Assembly: GCA_963619995.1 (NCBI GenBank)
Contig: CAVEYT010000001.1
Coordinates: forward strand, 1-29,458
Length of the DNA stretch: 29,458 bases
Source: Acutalibacteraceae bacterium
Lineage (GTDB): Bacteria; Bacillota; Negativicutes; Veillonellales; Dialisteraceae
Direction of reading: 5' to 3'
The notes under the pieces were generated by a model. The model did not search any database and was not told the origin of the DNA. It saw only the letters and a list, made by a program, of their open reading frames with translations. Position 1 is the first letter of the stretch; every line of letters begins with the position of its first letter. The position numbers and the translations under genes were made by a program. Positions 5,702-12,936 of the stretch are shown piece after piece.

Positions 5702-6022
5702 CTATTTTTCTTTTGCTTTGACTTCCGCCGCGTCCGGCCGCCCGTCTCGATTTTTGTCCACATGGTAAACCGATAGAAACGTGACGGCAGCGACAACGGA
5801 CACGGATGTGTACTCTCTAAAGAAACTGATGAGTATCGTGATGTCCGGCGTTCCGGTCATGTACCACTGATAGCTCCAGCCCGCAATAAGTAAGAGGGTG
5901 ATGATGGCTAGGCCGGAGCCGTACAGGCAGACAATACGCATGCTGTCTTTAGCGGTGCCTCGCTTGGCCTTGGTGATGTTTCCGGCGGCTTTGGTGAGGT
6001 GGCCTTTGAGCTTGTCTAGCAT
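5702..6022 (-). CDS. Putative holin (two hydrophobic segments)
   Basis: Hydrophobic IVCLYGSGLAIITLLLIAGW and SVSVVAAVTFLSVY; charged C-terminus; directly upstream of the endolysin. Confidence 0.6.
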   Translation of the reverse strand: MLDKLKGHLTKAAGNITKAKRGTAKDSMRIVCLYGSGLAIITLLLIAGWSYQWYMTGTPDITILISFFREYTSVSVVAAVTFLSVYHVDKNRDGRPDAAEVKAKEK

Positions 6023-6348
6023 GACTCCTCCTTTAGCTTCCTTTTCAGGAGCGGCCGGATGTCTTCTATCATCTGTGTCGCTTGGCCATTTCCACCCAGG
6101 CTGTGGTATCGTTCGTAGATTTCCTCCGCCAGGTCTTCGTCCTCAAGGCCGATGTAGCCTTTGGCTAAAGACTCTAGGTACAGCTCTCTCAGGTTGCATT
6201 TCAAGAGCGTCCGCAATGACTCTTCGATGAGCGCTCTGTTCTTGCGGAGACTCTGCACTTTGTTCCAAAGGAAACCGACGGCGATACCCAGCAAGGTCGG
6301 GATGTAATGGATAATGCCCGCAAGCAAGGCTTCCATGTTCTCCGTCAT
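6016..6348 (-). CDS. Holin-like phage membrane protein (YxxLGGNG family)
   Basis: Single N-terminal TM helix; IYERYHSLGGNG motif typical of Firmicutes phage lysis-cassette proteins. Confidence 0.65.
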   Translation of the reverse strand: MTENMEALLAGIIHYIPTLLGIAVGFLWNKVQSLRKNRALIEESLRTLLKCNLRELYLESLAKGYIGLEDEDLAEEIYERYHSLGGNGQATQMIEDIRPLLKRKLKEESC

Positions 6349-6584
6349 TCAGCCTTCTCCAACTCTTCCAGCTCTTTCTGCGCCGCGTTGATTTTGTCTC
6401 TTATGCTCTGACGGTCTGCCAGCAAGGTATCCGTGTCGTAGGGGTCTTTCTCGCCCTTGAGCCGTGCCTCGTAAGTTTTCACGATTTTATAATCGCCGAT
6501 TGCCGAGTTTTCGCCCGAAAGCTCCGACTTGAGATTGATGATTTCCTGCTGAAGGATTAAGATTTTTCTTTGCTTTTCGTCCAT
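6345..6584 (-). CDS. Small helical phage protein (DYKIVK motif), possibly tail-fibre associated
   Basis: RBS AAGGAG; GDYKIVK...RQSIRDKIN pattern; overlaps RT 3' end; ATGA overlap with the next gene. Confidence 0.65.
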   Translation of the reverse strand: MDEKQRKILILQQEIINLKSELSGENSAIGDYKIVKTYEARLKGEKDPYDTDTLLADRQSIRDKINAAQKELEELEKAE

Positions 6585-7729
6585 GATGATTGTCTCCTTT
6601 TGTAAAAATCCATAGACTTTAGAGTTTTGTAGGCGTTATCCCGTTTCTTATCGCCTCGCCACGCGCGGTACTGGTTTTCGTACTCTTCGGCGGTCATGTC
6701 TCCCGCCGTGACTTTCTGGGCGAGTTTCTTGAGTTTGCGCCGCTCTCTTTTGGTGACGTCTTTCGGGATTTTCTTGATGATTTTTCCCGTCGACGTCAGG
6801 ATGTAGCGGGTTTTCAGCCACGTGAAGCCGTGACTGAGCTTGACTATCTGCGTTTTCTTTCGGTTGACATAGATGCCGAGCCGCTTGGCAAGTGTCTCGA
6901 TATCCCGCAGTAGGTCGCGAAGGAACACTTTATCTGGGTGCAGGACGATTCGGTCGTCCATGTAGGCGTCGTAGCAGTGTACCGATTTGACTGTTTTCAC
7001 GTATTGGTCAATCAGCGTCGGATACAAGATGCCGATGATTTGAGATATCGGTGCGCCGATGCCTAGAGATTTCTGCATCATTCTGTCACCCGTCAAGCGT
7101 TCCTTTGGAATTTTGACGTATTCCAGCGAGTTAAAAACTTCGTCCATGAGGTCATGCTCCGTATAGGAAATGTCCACCTCGTAGGTCTTTAGGATTTTCT
7201 TCGCCAGATTCGTCAGTTCCTCGTCTCGGAAAATAGTCTCGAGCTGTCTGATGGCGTCCTCGTGTCGGATGTTGTCAAAGTACTTTGAGAAATCGACAAT
7301 GAGCGCATAGCCTTCTATACCGTAGCGCCGATAGTGCCAGCGTAAATGCTCCTCGAAACGGCGTCTCGTAAAAGATAGCCCTCTGCCTTTCAGCCCTGCG
7401 CCGTTGTCATAGATGATGTGCTCTTTGACTTTTGGAATTATCACGCCGTCGCACAAGGCGTGCTGTAATACCGCGTCTCGCGGGGTCATGGATTTCACGA
7501 GCCGCCTGTGTCCGTTTTCGTTGATTTCAAAAACGGAGCCTTCCTGCGGTTCGTAAGTTCCCGTCTCGATTTCTCTTTTTAGCTTGGCGATTTCCGAAAG
7601 CCGATTCAAGAGAAATGCCTGTGATTTGTACTTCCACCCTGAGGATTTCGCCAATTTCTTAGCGGCTTCAAGGTATTGATTTACTGTGATGTTCATGATG
7701 TTTGAGATATGCCACGCCGATAGCGGCAA
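6557..7729 (-). CDS. DGR reverse transcriptase (start uncertain: TTG 7729 or ATG 7696)
   Basis: RDAVLQHAL, GKG-like GRG, VDFSKYFDNIRH, DGR-type LGIGAPISQ motif, catalytic YMDD, GFTWLK; no maturase or endonuclease extension. Confidence 0.95.
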   Translation of the reverse strand: MPLSAWHISNIMNITVNQYLEAAKKLAKSSGWKYKSQAFLLNRLSEIAKLKREIETGTYEPQEGSVFEINENGHRRLVKSMTPRDAVLQHALCDGVIIPKVKEHIIYDNGAGLKGRGLSFTRRRFEEHLRWHYRRYGIEGYALIVDFSKYFDNIRHEDAIRQLETIFRDEELTNLAKKILKTYEVDISYTEHDLMDEVFNSLEYVKIPKERLTGDRMMQKSLGIGAPISQIIGILYPTLIDQYVKTVKSVHCYDAYMDDRIVLHPDKVFLRDLLRDIETLAKRLGIYVNRKKTQIVKLSHGFTWLKTRYILTSTGKIIKKIPKDVTKRERRKLKKLAQKVTAGDMTAEEYENQYRAWRGDKKRDNAYKTLKSMDFYKRRQSSWTKSKEKS

Positions 7730-7941
7730 TATCCGTAGATAGCCGCGTCATGGCATTTGTTTACCATTTGGAAGGATACACACTCATTCCCTGCTCCGAT
7801 GTCTGACTTTTAGTCTCTTGATATCGTCTGAGAAGCGGGCGCACGCCCCCGACATTCGAGGCGTTGTTGTTGTTGGCATTGCCATTCTCGCTGGCATTGG
7901 CGAAATTCGACGAGTTCGCGATTAGCGTGTACCCCATGATA
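7730..7941 (-). ncRNA. DGR template RNA region (5' flank + TR + spacer)
   Basis: Non-coding gap between avd and RT containing TR; 5' flank 7935-7925 can pair with spacer 7783-7773. Confidence 0.75.
7836..7921 (-). repeat. DGR template repeat (TR)
   Basis: 86-bp ungapped match to 8532-8617; reads GCG AAC TCG TCG AAT TTC GCC AAT GCC AGC GAG AAT GGC AAT GCC AAC AAC AAC AAC GCC TCG AAT GTC GGG GGC GTG CGC CCG; 10 AAY codons, 22 adenines. Confidence 0.96.
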
Positions 7942-8469
7942 TTATTCCAATTTCGCCCTTCTTTTATTGTCTGACTTGCGCCAGCCCTTGAGTAGAGCGA
8001 TTTCCCTGTCTACTGCTTCTGCATACTGTATTAGCTTTTCTGCCTTGACTGGCAAGATGTCAGCCGCCAGCTCTAATTCCTGTTTGAGACTTTCGCAATC
8101 TGCAATCGCTAAATCTTGCGCGTTTCTCCGTAGGTCGGCTTCGGCTTTCGTCGTCGCCCAGATGGTGTAAGCCTGCGTGATGTGTTGCATCATGCGGCTA
8201 AGGCTCTTTAGGATGCCGTCTCGGACGTGCTCTATCATCCAGAGGGGATAATCGTCTATCACTTTTGTTTCGCCGTATTTTTCGAGCAGTTCGGCAAAAG
8301 TAATGGCGTCTTGCGGCTCCCATTTCTTCGTGCAAAATCTCGGCTCGCGGATTCTTGGCTTTACGCCAAAATCTCTGCCCATCAGAAATATGAGTTGCCT
8401 TCTGAGTTTCACGGCGTTCATGTAAAATTCGAGCTTAGACAAGCTGCGGTTTCGTGCTAATACAGACAT
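7942..8469 (-). CDS. avd: DGR accessory variability determinant (Avd-like four-helix bundle)
   Basis: MSVLARNRSLSKLEFY; RRNAQDLAIADCESLKQEL; EIALLKGWRKSD; lies between target and TR; RBS AAAGGAG. Confidence 0.88.
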   Translation of the reverse strand: MSVLARNRSLSKLEFYMNAVKLRRQLIFLMGRDFGVKPRIREPRFCTKKWEPQDAITFAELLEKYGETKVIDDYPLWMIEHVRDGILKSLSRMMQHITQAYTIWATTKAEADLRRNAQDLAIADCESLKQELELAADILPVKAEKLIQYAEAVDREIALLKGWRKSDNKRRAKLE

Positions 8470-8486
8470 GTTGTCTCCTTTCTAAA

Positions 8487-8505
8487 GCGCCCCACAAGGG
8501 GGCGC
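8487..8505 (-). promoter_or_regulatory. DGR target-recognition hairpin/cruciform downstream of VR
   Basis: GCGCCCC-CTTGT-GGGGCGC (7-bp GC stem), 8 nt after the target stop codon. Confidence 0.8.
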
Positions 8506-8513
8506 AGACAGGG

Positions 8514-9407
8514 TCAGCGGAGCAGGAAATACGGGCGCACGCCCCCGACATTGGAGGCGCCGCTGATGATGGCACAGCCATACTCGCTGGCATTGGCGAA
8601 ACCCGACAAGTTCGCGACGTCTCGGAGCCAGCACCAATAGGCTCTTGTAAAGTTCTGACCGTATCTAAAGATGGCAAGCTGTTTATTGCAATCGCCTTCT
8701 TCTTGCCCCGAGGACGCCATCGGGTGATTGCCATACATCATTGCCTGATTGGGGATGTTGACCTTGACCGTTGTCCACAGTGAGCCGCTCCAATCCCAGT
8801 AGGCGCTGCCCGTCCAGCATGCTCCTGCGGATGAGGCGGCGTTGGCGTTCATGCCGTTTGTCAGTATTTCCTTGTGCTCTAAAACGTGTGCGCTTCCGAA
8901 GGCGTTCACGATTCCCGTGACATACAGCGGTATCGTGGTTTTCCACATATAGCTTCCCTGATAGCCGCCAGCCGTGGTGTTCGTGCTGTTCATATAGCTC
9001 GTGCCGAGATTGTTCTCTGGTATCATCACGACATGGTGCGCCGTGGTTTCCGTACTGCCGCGGTGCAGGTGATAGTCCAAATCTGCCACGAGCCACTTTA
9101 CGTTGCTGTAGGTCGTGCCGTTGACCGTCACGGATTTCGTGATGTAGTCGCCAGGGAAAATATCATCAAAGGTACCAGCGGCGATGGCAGTACTCATGCC
9201 GCCGGAGTTAAAGTAACTTGTCAAGTCTTTGCCACGGTAGATGCTGTTGTGTGATGCCGCCGTTTTGGGCAAAATTTCAGCCAAAAGCTGTGTCTTTAAT
9301 GCTTCAAACGTGATGGCCTGCGTTTCATTCGTGCCTTCCGCCAGAAACAGGTCGGTGTCTTCCAGTGTTGCCACTTCGGGCAAATTGGTGATTGGGATTC
9401 CTGCCAT
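8514..9407 (-). CDS. DGR target protein, putative receptor-binding protein with C-terminal C-type-lectin-like variable domain
   Basis: Ends YWCWLRDV-[VR]-GGVRPYFLLR*, typical of CLec-fold DGR targets; last gene of the tail fibre cluster. Confidence 0.9.
   Translation of the reverse strand: MAGIPITNLPEVATLEDTDLFLAEGTNETQAITFEALKTQLLAEILPKTAASHNSIYRGKDLTSYFNSGGMSTAIAAGTFDDIFPGDYITKSVTVNGTTYSNVKWLVADLDYHLHRGSTETTAHHVVMIPENNLGTSYMNSTNTTAGGYQGSYMWKTTIPLYVTGIVNAFGSAHVLEHKEILTNGMNANAASSAGACWTGSAYWDWSGSLWTTVKVNIPNQAMMYGNHPMASSGQEEGDCNKQLAIFRYGQNFTRAYWCWLRDVANLSGFANASEYGCAIISGASNVGGVRPYFLLR
8532..8617 (-). repeat. DGR variable repeat (VR)
   Basis: 12 mismatches vs TR, 10 at TR adenines (AAT>GGT, AAT>TAT, AAT>TGT, AAC>ATC x2, AAC>AGC, AAC>GGC); GC-rich 3' end. 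Confidence 0.96.
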
Positions 9408-9428
9408 TTTTTTATCCTCCTAAAAAAC

Positions 9429-9647
9429 TTACAAAACTTTTTTTGCTGCGATGACGTCGCCGTCCGTTGTTCCCAGTAATGCGCCGTCAATGTCGCCTGT
9501 GATGGCAATGCCTGATTGGACCGTGACGCCGCCATTCCACAAGGCGTCCGCGTCGATGTAGTCCCATTCCACGCCGGAGGTGTCGGTAAGACGCACGATG
9601 TCCACGTCCGCATAAGACGCTCCGGCAATCTTGATCTTGTGCGCCAT
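9429..9647 (-). CDS. Small tail-fibre-associated protein (72 aa)
   Basis: RBS GAGG; N-terminus KIKIAGASYADV resembles that of the upstream gene; operon context. Confidence 0.65.
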   Translation of the reverse strand: MAHKIKIAGASYADVDIVRLTDTSGVEWDYIDADALWNGGVTVQSGIAITGDIDGALLGTTDGDVIAAKKVL

Positions 9648-9655
9648 ACTTTACC

Positions 9656-10162
9656 TCACGCGATGGTTAATACTTTGGTGGTGCTGTCCTGTGTGACTTT
9701 GACGAGGGTGAGACTCCCTGTGATTTTCTGCCCTGCGACGTATGCCGTGCTGCCTGTGACAATGGTCGATGCCGTCGCGGTCGCGTCTGAGGTGTCGACA
9801 ACGGTCGAGGAGCCGGACACGCCCAAGATGGTTACGCCGGATTTGATGTTCGCGGCAATAATTTTCGCCTTTTCGGCTGCCGCGATGGAAACTGTGCCCG
9901 TCCCGTCATGATAGCCCTGTTTAATCTTGATGCTGTCGGCAAGTTTGCTGATGGTCTCGGTCTGCGCTCCGTTATTGGCCATGGAGCCCGTGACCGAGCC
10001 GGACGCGCCGTAAGCAGTCTTTCCGGTCAAGATATCAGCTGCGACTGCCGTGGCGTCTGTGGTGTCGCGGAAAATGGCGGTGCCTGTCCCCGTCGAGAGA
10101 GGGATGACAACTTCCGGCACATTTTCGTATGTTGCATTATTAATCTTTACACTCTTGCTCAT
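9656..10162 (-). CDS. Tail fibre-like protein with internal repeat
   Basis: DTTDATAVAADILTGKTAYGASGSVTGSM and DTSDATATASTIVTGSTAYVAGQKITGSL repeats; GYHDGTGTV; RBS AAGGAG. Confidence 0.7.
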   Translation of the reverse strand: MSKSVKINNATYENVPEVVIPLSTGTGTAIFRDTTDATAVAADILTGKTAYGASGSVTGSMANNGAQTETISKLADSIKIKQGYHDGTGTVSIAAAEKAKIIAANIKSGVTILGVSGSSTVVDTSDATATASTIVTGSTAYVAGQKITGSLTLVKVTQDSTTKVLTIA

Positions 10163-10177
10163 TTTTTGTCTCCTTTT

Positions 10178-10408
10178 TTAAGAAACCATAATCTTTGTCC
10201 CGTCATAAGTGATGAGGCCGTAGCACTGCGGGATGGGCGCCACGGTTACCTTTCTAAGGCCGTCATATCCGGCGGAAGGAATCACAATTTGCTCTTCGCC
10301 GGATGGTGTGACTGTGCTTTCTTCCAGCCGAGCCGCCGCGCCTTTTTCGATGACGCAGTGTAATCGCCTGGTCGATGTCGATATGACGGCTTTCAGTTTT
10401 CCTTCCAT
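10178..10408 (-). CDS. Small tail-associated protein (76 aa)
   Basis: TVTPSGEEQIVIPSAGYDGLRKVTVAPIP motif of the kind seen in phage tail-fibre clusters; RBS AAGGAGG. Confidence 0.6.
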   Translation of the reverse strand: MEGKLKAVISTSTRRLHCVIEKGAAARLEESTVTPSGEEQIVIPSAGYDGLRKVTVAPIPQCYGLITYDGTKIMVS

Positions 10409-10418
10409 GCCTTCCTCC

Positions 10419-10733
10419 TTATTTCGTCACGTCGGCTGTTAAGTGGTATTCTGCGGGTCCAATGGTCTGCACCTCTCCTTCTGCCGTGTGGACTTCAATG
10501 TCATAAACGTAATCGCCAAAAGGTAGGTCCCGTGTCATTTCGTGGGTGATATCAATGGCGCCGTTTTTGACTTCCTGTTGAAACAAATATTCCACGTCTT
10601 TCAGCTTCTTCTTGACGGAAAACATAGCGGTGTAATCTGTGACTTCTTCGCCGTCCTCGTATTGGATGGTGACGTTCAGCCTAGCCGTGTCTCCTCGCGT
10701 GTGGTAAATGTTGCTCCCGATGATCTTAAACAT
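10419..10733 (-). CDS. Tail/baseplate adaptor-like beta protein (BppU N-terminal-like)
   Basis: TRGDT...FSVKK...LPFGDYVYDIEV pattern; ATG 10733 with GAGG RBS. Confidence 0.6.
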   Translation of the reverse strand: MFKIIGSNIYHTRGDTARLNVTIQYEDGEEVTDYTAMFSVKKKLKDVEYLFQQEVKNGAIDITHEMTRDLPFGDYVYDIEVHTAEGEVQTIGPAEYHLTADVTK

Positions 10734-10743
10734 ATCGGCCACC

Positions 10744-11268
10744 TCAGCCTTCGGGGGCTGTTTCTTCCGCGACTGTCGCAATGAGGGCGTTCTTCATGGC
10801 TATAGCGATTAGGGCTTCCACGTCGGCTCTCGTGACAAAGCCTGTCTGCGGAACGGTGATGTCTACCTCGTCGGCTGTTTCGACGTCAATCTTGATAGTC
10901 CATTCTTTATCATATGGACCGCTTGACGCAGTGTCGATGGCGCTCGGCATATCGTAGTAGTGGGCGCAATACAAAATTTCCCCTTCGTCCGGGTCGGTGG
11001 CATACAGGCCTAGTTCTCTGACGTAAAAAGCATTCTCGATGGACGCATTAGAAATGGTGCCTCTTACTTCGCAGGAAGCCCCGTCCGCCAGAATGAGCGA
11101 AATAGGAAAATCTATCACTCTTTTTACTAAATCGTTCATTGTGGCGTAATCTTTTTGCGTGGCGACATAGCCCTCTCCAAGCGCCATTTTCGTAAATGCA
11201 TATTTGCATTTTCCGGCCATGACTTTTGCTTGTAATGCTTTTCCTTTGTCTGTAATCATGTATCCCAT
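10744..11268 (-). CDS. Phage tail-collar fibre N-terminal-domain protein (DUF3751-like), short
   Basis: ITDKGKAL...FTKMALGEG...FYVRELGLYATDPDEGEILY motif. Confidence 0.8.
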   Translation of the reverse strand: MGYMITDKGKALQAKVMAGKCKYAFTKMALGEGYVATQKDYATMNDLVKRVIDFPISLILADGASCEVRGTISNASIENAFYVRELGLYATDPDEGEILYCAHYYDMPSAIDTASSGPYDKEWTIKIDVETADEVDITVPQTGFVTRADVEALIAIAMKNALIATVAEETAPEG

Positions 11269-11279
11269 ATGTGACCTCC

Positions 11280-12230
11280 TTAGGCAATGCGCTGCCAGAC
11301 GTTGACAGCAATGGATGCGGGTGTGATATCTAACGGCTCGCCTGAGCCGAGCGCTTCTGTCTGCCCTGTGTGGGTGTGGCTTCCGCTGTATCCCGTCTTC
11401 GCCGCGCGTTTGAGATTGTTGTAGGGGCGATTGTCCCCGTAAGCTAGCCGCGTCTTTTCCGGGTCTCCTCCGCCACCGTTCGTGGTATCAAAGCCGATTT
11501 CATCCAAAAAGTCCGAGGCGGCGTGTTGATGGTTTCCGGCACTGTCGGTCGATACGGAAATCTTGTCTTTCGGCAAGTTCTTTCTGGCAATCGTCGCTTG
11601 ATTCGAGCCGTAGTTTTTGCCGACTTCGTAGCCGTCCCCTGCCGTGATGAGCGCCTTGCCGCTGCCCATCTTCTGCCACGTGGTGGTCGGCCATAAATCA
11701 TTCGGGTCGACGCCGTTAAAGAGGAGCACTGACGCGCCCACAGGATAGACTTGGTCGATGGTCAGTGCGTCTTTCTTCAGAAGATACAAATCACTGTCGG
11801 CCGAGATGGTGATTTCCGCATCTCCTACCGCCAGATGGACCGTGTAAATCTGATTGAGTTTCGACGACGCGCTGTAAGCAGGCACATAGTTTCCGTCCAG
11901 CTTCGCCACGGCAAAGAGCGTTTCCTCATTGCTTTCCGGGTCTTTTACATACAATCCGGCTTCCCGCGCGTAATATCCCTCGGTGAGCGCATCGTTTCGG
12001 ATGGCGGCCGATACTTCCATACTGCCGTCTCGCTGTGTGATGCTGTTGATGAGGAGATTCTGCTTTGCTTCCACGAGAGCCGTCAGCGCCCGCAGCTCCG
12101 TTTCATCCTCCGGCAATACACCGTCTCCCAGCTTCAGAGAGGAAATTTCAATCATCGTCCCGGCAATCCCGAGCCGCAAGATTTCATTTCCTCGCTTGGT
12201 GAGATAATATTTGTTGATTTCAATCGCCAT
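11280..12230 (-). CDS. Tail fibre protein (DUF3751-like N-terminus + collar-like C-terminus)
   Basis: LTKRGNEIL...LGDG...GYYAREAGLYVKDP; YPVGA...P...W, AGNHQH/SHTH motifs, VNVWQRIA end. Confidence 0.8.
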   Translation of the reverse strand: MAIEINKYYLTKRGNEILRLGIAGTMIEISSLKLGDGVLPEDETELRALTALVEAKQNLLINSITQRDGSMEVSAAIRNDALTEGYYAREAGLYVKDPESNEETLFAVAKLDGNYVPAYSASSKLNQIYTVHLAVGDAEITISADSDLYLLKKDALTIDQVYPVGASVLLFNGVDPNDLWPTTTWQKMGSGKALITAGDGYEVGKNYGSNQATIARKNLPKDKISVSTDSAGNHQHAASDFLDEIGFDTTNGGGGDPEKTRLAYGDNRPYNNLKRAAKTGYSGSHTHTGQTEALGSGEPLDITPASIAVNVWQRIA

Positions 12231-12936
12231 ACAATACCTCCGTATCAAACTCGCCTGCGACGGCGTAAGCCTTTATCCCGCCTGACAATTTCGCATCATA
12301 CGGCGCGGCGCGGATGTCGACGTATTTTGTCAAGACTGCGCCGATGCCGATATAAATCGGTGCGTCACAATCCGCTATCAACTCGATTTCGCGTGTCAGC
12401 GTTTCTTGGTCGAATTCGGATGTCACGGCGATCAGCTTGCAGGATTCTTCCGTTTTGTACTCGATCCCGTCCATCCATGAGCGCACATTCTTCGCGTCCG
12501 TCATTGCCTTCATGAGAGCGCGCAGCTCGTCCATGCTCGGAATCGCGCTTGTCGTGACAGCCTTGAAGTGATACGGTTTCCCGTCATAATCAAACCATTC
12601 GACGATTTCCGCATTCTTCGACGCTAGGGCGGCCGCTTCCTTGACCGCCCACATCGTCCCTTTGTAGCGGTGATAACGTATCGCGGTCTTGACGGCGTTC
12701 CGCTTCGTCTCGATGTCGGCGGCGTCGTCGTAAATGTCCATGTGATATTCCCACGCGAGCGCATCCAGTATGTCCTCCGGCAATTCGTCGATACGCGACA
12801 AAATCAAAATGTTCCGGATGTTTCCCGTGACGTCATTGATGGATGCGTCCAATGACTTTGCGACATTTTGCACCGTCTCATCTTTGGCGATGGAGAACGG
12901 GGCAATCTGTAAGAGTTCAGCGTCATCGATTTTCAT
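12220..12936 (-). CDS. Baseplate/tail protein I (P2 gpI-like)
   Basis: IDELPEDILDALAWEYH, HRYKGT, VEWFDYDGKPYHF, KNVRSW. Confidence 0.88.
   Translation of the reverse strand: MKIDDAELLQIAPFSIAKDETVQNVAKSLDASINDVTGNIRNILILSRIDELPEDILDALAWEYHMDIYDDAADIETKRNAVKTAIRYHRYKGTMWAVKEAAALASKNAEIVEWFDYDGKPYHFKAVTTSAIPSMDELRALMKAMTDAKNVRSWMDGIEYKTEESCKLIAVTSEFDQETLTREIELIADCDAPIYIGIGAVLTKYVDIRAAPYDAKLSGGIKAYAVAGEFDTEVLYGD

Larger units (their letters stand above)
6557..9407 (-). mobile_element. Diversity-generating retroelement (target-VR, hairpin, avd, TR, RT)
   Basis: All components present in Bordetella BPP-1-like order; adenine-biased VR/TR mismatches. Confidence 0.97.

Noticed and set aside
6557..7729. 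RT as group II intron, retron or Abi-type RT
   Set aside because: The GxxxSQ motif, adjacent avd and an adenine-specific TR/VR pair identify it as a DGR RT; no maturase domain or msr/msd arrangement seen.
7863..7875. (GTT)4 microsatellite / phase-variation tract
   Set aside because: It is the AAC AAC AAC AAC codon run of the TR.
9408..12230. Second DGR target among the other fibre genes
   Set aside because: I saw no additional TR-like copy by eye; targets outside the window cannot be excluded.
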